Origin: Candidatus Spongiisociaceae bacterium
Lineage (GTDB): Bacteria > Actinomycetota > Acidimicrobiia > Spongiisociales > Spongiisociaceae
Reading direction: 5' to 3'
Assembly (NCBI GenBank): GCA_965202665.1
Contig: OZ241841.1
Coordinates: forward strand, 1,888,001-1,952,000
Length of the DNA stretch: 64,000 nucleotides
In this document: piece by piece, positions 17,944 to 25,724 of the stretch
Layout of the letters: each line of letters starts with the position of its first letter
Numbering within the stretch: position 1 is the first letter of the stretch
Program-made: the position numbers and the translations under genes
Notes under the pieces: model-generated
The model's database searches: none
Told to the model about the DNA's origin: nothing
Seen by the model: only the letters and a program-made list of their open reading frames with translations

Positions 17944-18963
17944 TCAGAGAGCCTCCATGTACTTAAGCACCGCGTCGGCCACCGCGTCCGCCGAACCCGG
18001 ATTTTGGGCGGTGATCAGGTTGCGGTCCACCACCACGTGCGAAGCCCAGGCGGCCCGCCCGTCGTCGAACACCGCCCCGTTGTTGCGCAGGGTGCTCTCC
18101 AAGTACCAGGGCATTCCCTGTTTGCCGGGGCGGGTCTGATCCTCCTCTTCGTCGGTGAAGGAGGTCATCCGGTACCCGTCGAACAGCCACTGGCCTTCGG
18201 TGTTGGCGGGGGCGGACAGCAGAACCGCCGGGCCGTGGCACATTGAGGAAATGGCGGCCTGCTTCTCGTGCAGGATGCCCAGCAACCGGGTCACGTCCGA
18301 GTTGTCGGACAGATCCACCATCGGGCCGTGCCCGCCGGGGACGAACACCGCGTCGAAGGTGGCCATGGTTTCATCGCTCATCTCAGCCAGGTTCGCCGGG
18401 TTGACGAAGTCGGGCAGGGTGTCCAGCAGGTGCTTGATGCGGGAGGCTTCGCTGCGGGCGTCTTCGTTCACCGTCGCCAAATCCGCTTCCATATCGGCCC
18501 GCGTCACCGAGGCGGGAAGGTCCTGGTCCTGCAGGGAGTCCAAGAACTCCCGGTCGTTCCGCCACGTGTCGAGGGCGGCGACGTTGATCAGCTCCCGGGC
18601 TTCCACCGGGGTCATGCCCGCTTCTTTGAGCCGGTTGAAAACCCGCCGGGAGGCGATCATTCCCAGCTCGGTGAGGTGGCGGAGGGTGAGGCGGATGTCG
18701 TCCACATCGTGGGCGAAGGTGCGGGTGATGGTGCCCAGAAAGTCTTCGTCTTCGTCCGGGTAGTGGAAGATTTCCTCCAAGCCGTAGGGGTCGGGGTAGG
18801 GGGAGCGTCCGTCCGGGGTGGCCACCACCACGTCCAACCCGGCTTCCGTGAACCGCTCGTAGGGGGTAATGGCCTCGTCGGCGAAGAAGCCGGTTTCGTA
18901 CATCGTCCCGTTGGACATCTCGATCTCCCGGGCGCTCGACACCAGGAACAACAGTTTCGGCAT
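17944..18963 (-). CDS. DJ-1/PfpI (Hsp31-like) type 1 glutamine amidotransferase-fold protein with an internal insertion
   Basis: TGFFADE, ATPDG, FVPGGHGPMVDL, SMCHGPAVL, ITAQNPGS. Confidence 0.88.
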   Translation of the reverse strand: MPKLLFLVSSAREIEMSNGTMYETGFFADEAITPYERFTEAGLDVVVATPDGRSPYPDPYGLEEIFHYPDEDEDFLGTITRTFAHDVDDIRLTLRHLTELGMIASRRVFNRLKEAGMTPVEARELINVAALDTWRNDREFLDSLQDQDLPASVTRADMEADLATVNEDARSEASRIKHLLDTLPDFVNPANLAEMSDETMATFDAVFVPGGHGPMVDLSDNSDVTRLLGILHEKQAAISSMCHGPAVLLSAPANTEGQWLFDGYRMTSFTDEEEDQTRPGKQGMPWYLESTLRNNGAVFDDGRAAWASHVVVDRNLITAQNPGSADAVADAVLKYMEAL

Positions 18964-19065
18964 ATCAAATCCCTTTCCTTAGCGTGCTTTCAAATGTAGC
19001 CGTTCGGCGGGACAAACGATAGCGCCTCGGCCCCGCCGCATGCGCCCGCCTGACAATATTTTCTT

Positions 19066-19080
19066 ATTGTACAGACAAAT
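19066..19080. promoter_or_regulatory. Candidate GntR/HutC operator upstream of the monooxygenase operon
   Basis: TTGT-ACAG-ACAA palindrome in an AT-rich patch; matches the TGT-N-ACA pattern of HutC-subfamily boxes. Confidence 0.6.
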
Positions 19081-19120
19081 CCGGCAAATGCGCGGCCAAA
19101 TCCGAATTTTTTTGGAGGTC

Positions 19121-20017
19121 TCAGCCGCGGATTTGGGCCAGGCGGCGGGCGGCTTGGGTGAAGTAAGCCCCGTACTCCAACGGGGCCAGCCAGCGGCCGG
19201 GGATGCCGTCCACCCCGGCGATTATTCCGAGCAACCCCCCGGCGATGGCCCCGGTGGTGTCGGCGTCGTCGCCCCGGTTGACCAGTTTGACCAGCGTTTC
19301 CTCAAAATCGGGCGGTTGTTGGATGGCCCACACCGCGCACCCCAGGCTGTGGACGACGTAGCCGCCGGTGCGCAGGCCGGTCACCGGCAGGTCGGCGGGC
19401 AGGTCCAGGGTTTCCCGCACCGCCGGGTGCAGGCCCAGGGCGCGGGCGGCGGCGACCGCTTGGGCGGGGGAGGCCCCGTCCAACAGGGCGGCCGCTATTT
19501 CGTTGTAGGCGATGCAACTGTCCACGCATTTGGGATGGGCGTGGGTGACGGCGGAGATCTCGGCCGTTTCCCGTCGGCGCCGTTCCGGGTCGGGGCGGGT
19601 CAAAGCGGTGGGCAGGGCCCGCATCAGCGACCCGTTGCCGCAGGAGTTTTCGGAACGGAGGCCGCTGGCGGTCGGATCTCCATGTTCGGCCAAGTTTTCC
19701 AGGGCGCGGCGGGTGGCGCCCCCGATGTCAGGGGGGCCGGTGTAATACCAAGCCAGGAATTCGTCCGCCACTTTGCTCAGGCGGTATTCGCCGTCCAGAT
19801 AGGCGGCGGTCACCGCTTTGGTGAGAGCGGTGTCGTCGGTGCCCTGCCCCGGTTCCCAGCCGAAGGCCCCTCCGCCCGTCATTTCCCGATGGGTTCCGTG
19901 CCGGAGCTTTATTTCTTCGGCGCTCATGAATTCGACGGTGGATCCCAAGGCATCGCCCGCCGCTGCGCCGAGCAGTCCGCCGGCGATGGCCCGTTCCAGG
20001 GAAGGCCGGTCGCTCAT
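19121..20017 (-). CDS. ADP-ribosylglycohydrolase (DraG/ARH family)
   Basis: GDALG, GTDDT, GNGSLMR, THAHP, GDDADTTGAIAG. Confidence 0.92.
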   Translation of the reverse strand: MSDRPSLERAIAGGLLGAAAGDALGSTVEFMSAEEIKLRHGTHREMTGGGAFGWEPGQGTDDTALTKAVTAAYLDGEYRLSKVADEFLAWYYTGPPDIGGATRRALENLAEHGDPTASGLRSENSCGNGSLMRALPTALTRPDPERRRRETAEISAVTHAHPKCVDSCIAYNEIAAALLDGASPAQAVAAARALGLHPAVRETLDLPADLPVTGLRTGGYVVHSLGCAVWAIQQPPDFEETLVKLVNRGDDADTTGAIAGGLLGIIAGVDGIPGRWLAPLEYGAYFTQAARRLAQIRG

Positions 20018-21096
20018 TCCCCCGGGCCTCCGGGGGGCGGAGATTGGGTTTCCCGGTCCCGGAGCTGGGCTTGGCGGGACTGCTCCAGGATGAGGTGGAA
20101 GATTTCTTCCACTCCGTCCGCGTCCAGCCCGGCCCGTTCCGCCTCTTCCCGGATGATTTCCAGCAGTTCCGTTTCCCGTTCCGGGATCTGCACCGGCATG
20201 TTCCGCTCCGCTTTGATGCGCCCGATGCGCATGGCCTGCTCGTGCCGGTTGGCCAGCAACCGCACCAGGTCGCGGTCGATCAGGTCGATGTTGTTGCGGA
20301 TGCGGTGCACACCCAGGGCGGTCATCAGCCGGGCGAAAGCGGGGGGGTCGATCTGATGGGAGACCCTGGTGCGGGCGGCGGGCGGGTCGGGATGCACTTC
20401 GATCATCACCCCGTCCGCCCCCACGCCCTGGGCGGCCAGGGCCAGCGGCTGGATTTGCCCGGCGGCCCCGCTGGCCGCCGACGGGGCGGCGATCACCGGC
20501 AGATGGCTGGCTTCCCGCAACACCGGAATGGAACTCAGGTCCAGAGTGGTGCGGGTGGAATGCTCGAAGGTGCGGATGCCGGCTTCGCACAGCACCACCT
20601 GATCGTTGTCTTCGGCCAGGATGTATTCGGCCGCCCACAGCCATTCGTCCACCGTGGCCGACCCGCCCCGGGCCAGCAAAACCGGCTTCCCGGTTCGTCC
20701 GATGACCCGCAACAGTTCAAAGTTCTGCATGGCGTCGGGGTCCACGTAGATCATGTCGGCGTATTCGGCCACCATTCCCACATCTTGCGGCTCCAGCACT
20801 TTGGTGAGGGTGGGCAACCCGGTTTCCTCCCCGGCCCGGCGCAGGATTTCCAAGCCCGGTTTGCCCAGCCCGGGAAAGTCGTAGGGGGAGCTGGCCGCCT
20901 CGTAGGCCCCGCCCCGCAACACGGAGGCCCCGGCTTCCGCCACCGCCAAGGCGGCGGTCATCATCTGCTCTTCGGTCTCCACCGCCCGGGGGCCGGCTAT
21001 CACCGGGAACGGGTCGCGGCCGAACCGCACTGGCCCCACCGCCACCACCGTATTCTCGGCGGAGCCGTTTCTGAGTGCTCTGCGTTCCATTTCCAC
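20014..21096 (-). CDS. Type I-beta DAHP-synthase-like domain (degenerate active site) fused to C-terminal AroQ chorismate mutase
   Basis: IAGP, MQNFELL, GIRTFE, EVHPDP scaffold; C-terminal RNNIDLID..R..K..ERE..S..Q. Confidence 0.88.
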   Translation of the reverse strand: MEMERRALRNGSAENTVVAVGPVRFGRDPFPVIAGPRAVETEEQMMTAALAVAEAGASVLRGGAYEAASSPYDFPGLGKPGLEILRRAGEETGLPTLTKVLEPQDVGMVAEYADMIYVDPDAMQNFELLRVIGRTGKPVLLARGGSATVDEWLWAAEYILAEDNDQVVLCEAGIRTFEHSTRTTLDLSSIPVLREASHLPVIAAPSAASGAAGQIQPLALAAQGVGADGVMIEVHPDPPAARTRVSHQIDPPAFARLMTALGVHRIRNNIDLIDRDLVRLLANRHEQAMRIGRIKAERNMPVQIPERETELLEIIREEAERAGLDADGVEEIFHLILEQSRQAQLRDRETQSPPPGGPGE

Positions 21097-21141
21097 TCCT
21101 TAATTTAAATGCCCTGCTGGAGGGCGGCGCCGCCTCCGGTC

Positions 21142-21171
21142 AAAAAAGAACCCGGAGCGGACGCTCCGGGT
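21142..21171 (-). terminator. Intrinsic terminator of an attenuator
   Basis: Minus strand reads cccggagcg-tc-cgctccggg-ttctttttt, about 45 nt before the 21096 start. Confidence 0.85.
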
Positions 21172-21195
21172 CTGGCTTTTGCGATGGGTTGGTTG

Positions 21196-21264
21196 TTACG
21201 CGCCGCGCCAAACCCGGGCCCCCGGCCCGGTAAAGCAATAGGCGTAATAAAACGAACCCGTCAC
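21196..21264 (-). CDS. Aromatic-amino-acid leader peptide (22 aa, MTGSFYYAYCFTGPGARVWRGA)
   Basis: GTG start, clustered Phe/Tyr codons, TAA just upstream of the terminator hairpin. Confidence 0.75.
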   Translation of the reverse strand: MTGSFYYAYCFTGPGARVWRGA

Positions 21265-21353
21265 AACGTAAATAATAACCCGCCCGCTCCGCCCGCGCAA
21301 TTCCAGAACGCCGGGCGGCGCGGCCAGCGGCGAAAAATACGGAAAAATCCGTC

Positions 21354-21486
21354 CAGCGAAACTGTCACTAGACCGATAGCGAAATTCACACTAGACTGGT
21401 AGCGAAACAATTACTAGACCGATAGCGAAATTCACACTAGACTGGTAGCGAAAATATCACTAGGCTGATAGCAAAACTAACAGTAG
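21354..21486. repeat. 23-bp tandem repeat array (about 6 units)
   Basis: CTAG at 21368, 21391, 21414, 21437, 21460 and GTAG at 21483; consensus ctagacYgRtagcgaaa-N6. Confidence 0.92.
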
Positions 21487-21495
21487 GAGGCCCGG

Positions 21496-22758
21496 ATGGG
21501 GGCAAATTCCCTGATAGAACGTAATATTATTCCCAATTTGCAGCAGGCGTTGCAAACCTTTCGGGTGGCGGTCCTGAACGGTCCCCGACAGTCCGGGAAA
21601 ACTACGGTCGTTCGACAAGTGGCCGGCGAAGGAACTTTTCTTACGTTGGATGACCCGCAAGGTTTGCAGGCCTTGTCCGAATATCCGCTGGAGATTCTGA
21701 GCTCGGCGTCCCGCCCGGTGGTGGTTGACGAAATTCAGCGGGGCGGGGAGCAGTTGGTGCGGGTGATCAAACTGATTGTGGACGAGGTTTGGGATCCCGG
21801 TCAGTTCCTGTTAACCGGCTCGGCCAATTTCCTGACGGCGCCCACTATCAGCGAATCTTTGGCCGGCCGGGCCGTTCTGCTCACTTTGCATCCTTTATCG
21901 CAAGGCGAGTTGGAGGGCCGCCGAGCAGTTTTTCTGAACGGTTTGACGGCCGATCCCGACTCGCCTCCTCCCGGCGAAGATTCCCAACTTCAGATTGGGG
22001 ACTATGTGGAGCGGATGTGCGCGGGCGGCTACCCGGAGGTGGTGAATCTGTCGCCGCCGCAACGGAAAGCCTGGTTCACCTCCCACGTTTCCACCGTAAC
22101 CCTGCGGGACGTGGTCGATTTAACCGGGGCCCGCCGGGCGTCGAACCTGCCCCGCCTGCTCCGGCTGATTGCGGCGGGCACCGCCCAGGAACTGGTGGCG
22201 TCCAAAATTCACAACCGGCTCGATTTCGGCAACGTTCAGACCACGCTTGATTATCTGGCGCATCTGGAGATGACGTATTTGGTTCATCAGTTGGGGCCCT
22301 GGTCGCGCAATCTCACTTCCCGGGCCAAACGACGCTCCAAAATCTATGTGACCGACACGGGCCTGGCCGCCGGCCTGTTGAACCTGACCGTCGATTCGCT
22401 GTCCGAGCCGACGCATCCGGCGCGCGGGCAGATGGTGGAGACTTTCGTGGTCAACGAAATTAGGAAGCAGGCCTCCTGGCTGGATTGGTCGCTGGGCCCG
22501 ATAGAGTTATTCCACTATCGGGACCGCAACGGCCTGGAAGCCGACCTGATAATGGAGTTGCCGGACGGCCGGGTGGCGGCGGTAGAGGTCAAAGCGTCGC
22601 TGACGGTAGGTTCCGATGATTGGGCCAATCTCAAAAAGCTAAGGGATCTGATGGGAGACCAGTTCGCCCAAGGCATAGTCTTCTACGCCGGTTCCCAAGC
22701 CCTGCCGGTAGGCGATCGCCTACACATCCGACCCATAGAGGCCCTCTGGCAGTCCTAG
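21496..22758 (+). CDS. AAA_14 ATPase with DUF4143 (PD-(D/E)xK-like C-terminus)
   Basis: GPRQSGKT, VVDEIQR, LTGS, ESLAGR, KIYVTDTGL, EADL..AVEVKAS. Confidence 0.92.
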   Translation: MGANSLIERNIIPNLQQALQTFRVAVLNGPRQSGKTTVVRQVAGEGTFLTLDDPQGLQALSEYPLEILSSASRPVVVDEIQRGGEQLVRVIKLIVDEVWDPGQFLLTGSANFLTAPTISESLAGRAVLLTLHPLSQGELEGRRAVFLNGLTADPDSPPPGEDSQLQIGDYVERMCAGGYPEVVNLSPPQRKAWFTSHVSTVTLRDVVDLTGARRASNLPRLLRLIAAGTAQELVASKIHNRLDFGNVQTTLDYLAHLEMTYLVHQLGPWSRNLTSRAKRRSKIYVTDTGLAAGLLNLTVDSLSEPTHPARGQMVETFVVNEIRKQASWLDWSLGPIELFHYRDRNGLEADLIMELPDGRVAAVEVKASLTVGSDDWANLKKLRDLMGDQFAQGIVFYAGSQALPVGDRLHIRPIEALWQS

Positions 22759-25335
22759 CCGGGTCCGCTCCAAAAAATGTCACAGGCCCTTGTTACCTTG
22801 AGGGATGGGTTGCCGCTTGAAAGAAGCGGCGGCGCTGGAAACGAAAAATTGGGGTTCTGAGATAAGCGTATGATGGCCAGATGACATGCAAGGAGGTTCG
22901 GTGAACCGGTTTAGAGGCGGGACGAGGCGGAGAAAGTTGGCGGGCGGCTTGGCGGCGATGGCGGCCCTGGCAACGGCGGGAACGGTTTTGGCCGTCACCG
23001 GTTTCCGGGATTTGGGCACTGCCCACCCCAACTACGACGATATCCAGTTCGCGGTCGACAAGGGATGGTTCCAAGGATACGACGATGGAACGTTCCGCCC
23101 GGACCGGGTAGTTTCCGACGCCCATTTAGCAAGGGTTATGAGGCGGGCCTTTCCGCAGGGGGCGACGAGAGCCGAGTTGGCGACCTTCTTACGAGGCGGC
23201 TACGAACGCTTGAACCGCGCCGCGCGGTTACCCGGTGAAGGGGTGAGTTTGACGATGGCTCAGGCTAACTGGTCCACCGGTTATTTCCAGGCGGCTTTGT
23301 ACCGAGCCCTATTGCAGGAGTTGGGATACGAGGTGAGCGATCCGGCTGATTTGGAGTTGGGTCCCAGCTTGGCGTATCTGGCCATGGCCGAAGGGGACGC
23401 TGACTTTTGGGTGAACAGCTGGTATCCGGGTCATAACAGATGGTTGGAAAACGAGTTGCCGGACGGTTCCAAAGTGGGCGATCATCTTACGGTGGTAGGC
23501 GAGCAGATGCCCGCTGGCGGTTTGCAAGGTTTTCTGATTACCAAGAGCTTCGCCGAGAGGTACGACATAGCTACGCTTGATGATTTGAACGACAATCCGG
23601 CCGCAATTCGCCGCTACGACGCCCAGGATGCGAATCCGGGTAACGGGGTGGCGGAGATTTACGGTTGTCCGGAGTCGTGGACCTGTGATGACATTATCCA
23701 GAGCCAGATCGCATTTTCGGGGTGGGAGAACATCGATCAGGTGTTGGCCGGGTACGACGCTATGTTCGCCGAAGCGGTGGCCAAGGCCAATAAGGGTGCT
23801 CCGATGGTGGCCTACACCTGGACGCCCAGCTCTTATATCACCCAGTTGCGGCCGGGGGACAACGTGGTATGGGTGGGGGTGGAGGATGTGCTTGATGATT
23901 CCAATCCGTTGGGTCGGGAAGGAGGCGAGGGATGGGATCAGCGGCCGGGTACGGCGGCTTTGAGCCCTGATTCCTGTCCGGACGCGGCGGAGCGGGGCAT
24001 CTGTCAGTTGGGGTGGGCGGCGGCGGATATTTTGGTGACCGCCCGCAATGACTTGATTCGGAACCATCCGGCGGCGGCTAGTCTGCTGGCCAATGTGGCG
24101 TTGAACGTGGTGGATGTGTCGTTGCAGGTGGTGGCCCAGGAGGGCGGGGAGAGTCCGGTGGATCTGGCCGAGCAGTGGATCGCCAACAACCAGGACAAGG
24201 TGAATGCGTGGCTGGAGAAGGCCACCGCCGCTCATAACCGCACCGGGGAGCCGGGCGAGGGGGTGAGTTTGACGATGGCTCAGGCTAACTGGTCCACCGG
24301 TTATTTCCAGGCGGCTTTGTACCGGGACCTGTTGCAACGGTTGGGGTATGAGGTGAGCGATCCGGCTGATTTGGAGTTGGGTCCCAGCTTGGCGTATCTG
24401 GCTATGGCTGAGGGGGACGCCGACTTTTGGGTGAACAGCTGGTATCCGATTCACAACAGTTGGTTGGAAAACGAGTTGCTGGACGGTTCCAAAGTGGGCG
24501 ATCATCTTACGGTGGTGGGCGAGCAGATGCCCGCTGGCGGTTTGCAAGGTTTTCTGATCACCAAGAGCTTTGCCGAGAGGTACGACATAGCTACGCTTGA
24601 TGATTTGAACGACAATCCGGCCGCAATTCGCCGCTACGACGCCCAGGATGCGAATCCGGGTAACGGGGTGGCGGAGATTTACGGTTGTCCGGAGTCGTGG
24701 ACCTGCGATGACATCATTGAAAGCCAGATCGTGTTTTCGGGCTGGGATAACATCGATCAGGTGACGGCCGGGTACGACGCCATGTTCGCCGAAGCGGTGA
24801 CCAGGGCTAATCTGGGCGTTCCGATGGTGGCCTACACCTGGACGCCCAGCTCTTATATCACCCAGTTGCGGCCGGGGGACAACGTGGTATGGGTGGGGGT
24901 GGAGGATGTGCTCGATGATTCCAACCCGTTGGATCGGGAAGGGGGCGAGGAATGGGATCAGCGGCCGGGTACAGCGGCTTTAAGGCCTGGTTCCTGCCCG
25001 GACGCGGCGGAGCGGGGTGTTTGCCAGTTGGGGTGGCTGGCGGCTGATATTTTGGTGACCGCCCGCAATGACCTGTTGGAGAACCATCCGGCGGCGGCCA
25101 AGCTGTTGGAGCTGGTCGAGCTGAACGTGGTGGACGTGTCGTTGCAGGTGGTGGCTCAGAACGGCGGAGAAACTCCGCAGGATCTGGCTACGCAGTGGAT
25201 CGCCAACAACCAGAGCAAGGTTGACTCCTGGTTGGCCGTGGCCCGCGTTGCGGCCTCCACATCCGACCCATAGAGGCCCTCTGGCAGTCCTAGGCGGGGC
25301 CGCTCTGGAAAAATGTCACAGGCCCTTGTTACCTT
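22723..25335. repeat. Pair of ~78-bp direct repeats (22723-22799 and 25258-25335) bracketing the SLH-ProX gene
   Basis: cacatccgacccatagaggccctctggcagtcctag...aaaaatgtcacaggcccttgttacctt occurs twice. Confidence 0.9.
22886..25273 (+). CDS. SLH-domain protein with two tandem glycine-betaine ABC substrate-binding (ProX/OpuAC) domains
   Basis: Signal-like N-terminus, FQGYDDGTFRPD SLH motif, duplicated ANWSTGYFQA..GCPESWTC..YTWTPS domains. Confidence 0.88.
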   Translation: MQGGSVNRFRGGTRRRKLAGGLAAMAALATAGTVLAVTGFRDLGTAHPNYDDIQFAVDKGWFQGYDDGTFRPDRVVSDAHLARVMRRAFPQGATRAELATFLRGGYERLNRAARLPGEGVSLTMAQANWSTGYFQAALYRALLQELGYEVSDPADLELGPSLAYLAMAEGDADFWVNSWYPGHNRWLENELPDGSKVGDHLTVVGEQMPAGGLQGFLITKSFAERYDIATLDDLNDNPAAIRRYDAQDANPGNGVAEIYGCPESWTCDDIIQSQIAFSGWENIDQVLAGYDAMFAEAVAKANKGAPMVAYTWTPSSYITQLRPGDNVVWVGVEDVLDDSNPLGREGGEGWDQRPGTAALSPDSCPDAAERGICQLGWAAADILVTARNDLIRNHPAAASLLANVALNVVDVSLQVVAQEGGESPVDLAEQWIANNQDKVNAWLEKATAAHNRTGEPGEGVSLTMAQANWSTGYFQAALYRDLLQRLGYEVSDPADLELGPSLAYLAMAEGDADFWVNSWYPIHNSWLENELLDGSKVGDHLTVVGEQMPAGGLQGFLITKSFAERYDIATLDDLNDNPAAIRRYDAQDANPGNGVAEIYGCPESWTCDDIIESQIVFSGWDNIDQVTAGYDAMFAEAVTRANLGVPMVAYTWTPSSYITQLRPGDNVVWVGVEDVLDDSNPLDREGGEEWDQRPGTAALRPGSCPDAAERGVCQLGWLAADILVTARNDLLENHPAAAKLLELVELNVVDVSLQVVAQNGGETPQDLATQWIANNQSKVDSWLAVARVAASTSDP

Positions 25336-25403
25336 AAGGGTGGTTGGCGCAGGTTCTTGCCTGGCGCCTCTACACTGACCGGCGACGACGGAAAGGCGAT
25401 AGC

Positions 25404-25715
25404 ATGGATGTACATACTCTTCCGATGGCGGTGATGCCCTTTTACAAGGAGCTGGCCGAGGAGCAACAGATGTGGTTCCTGAGCGAGTACCGCCGGCGGA
25501 GCCGGTCGGTGGGGGCGATGATGGCGCTGGCCATTCTGTTCCCGATCCAGCTCTTCTTTTTAGGCAAGGTCGGGTTAGGCGTCGCCTTCTTGCTGACCGG
25601 GGGCGGGTTTGGCATCTGGTACCTGGTGGAATGGTTTCTCACCCCGGGGCGGGTGCGGGAATACAACGAGGTGATAGCCCTCGGCCTCGTCCACTATTTG
25701 AAAGCGACCAGTTGA
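25404..25715 (+). CDS. TM2 domain membrane protein
   Basis: FFLGKVGLGVAFLLTGGGFGIWYLVEWF. Confidence 0.8.
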   Translation: MDVHTLPMAVMPFYKELAEEQQMWFLSEYRRRSRSVGAMMALAILFPIQLFFLGKVGLGVAFLLTGGGFGIWYLVEWFLTPGRVREYNEVIALGLVHYLKATS

Positions 25716-25724
25716 ACATCCCCC

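Noticed and set aside
21354-21486. 23-bp array as a CRISPR
   Set aside because: Variable part is only about 6 bp, units alternate, and no cas genes are present
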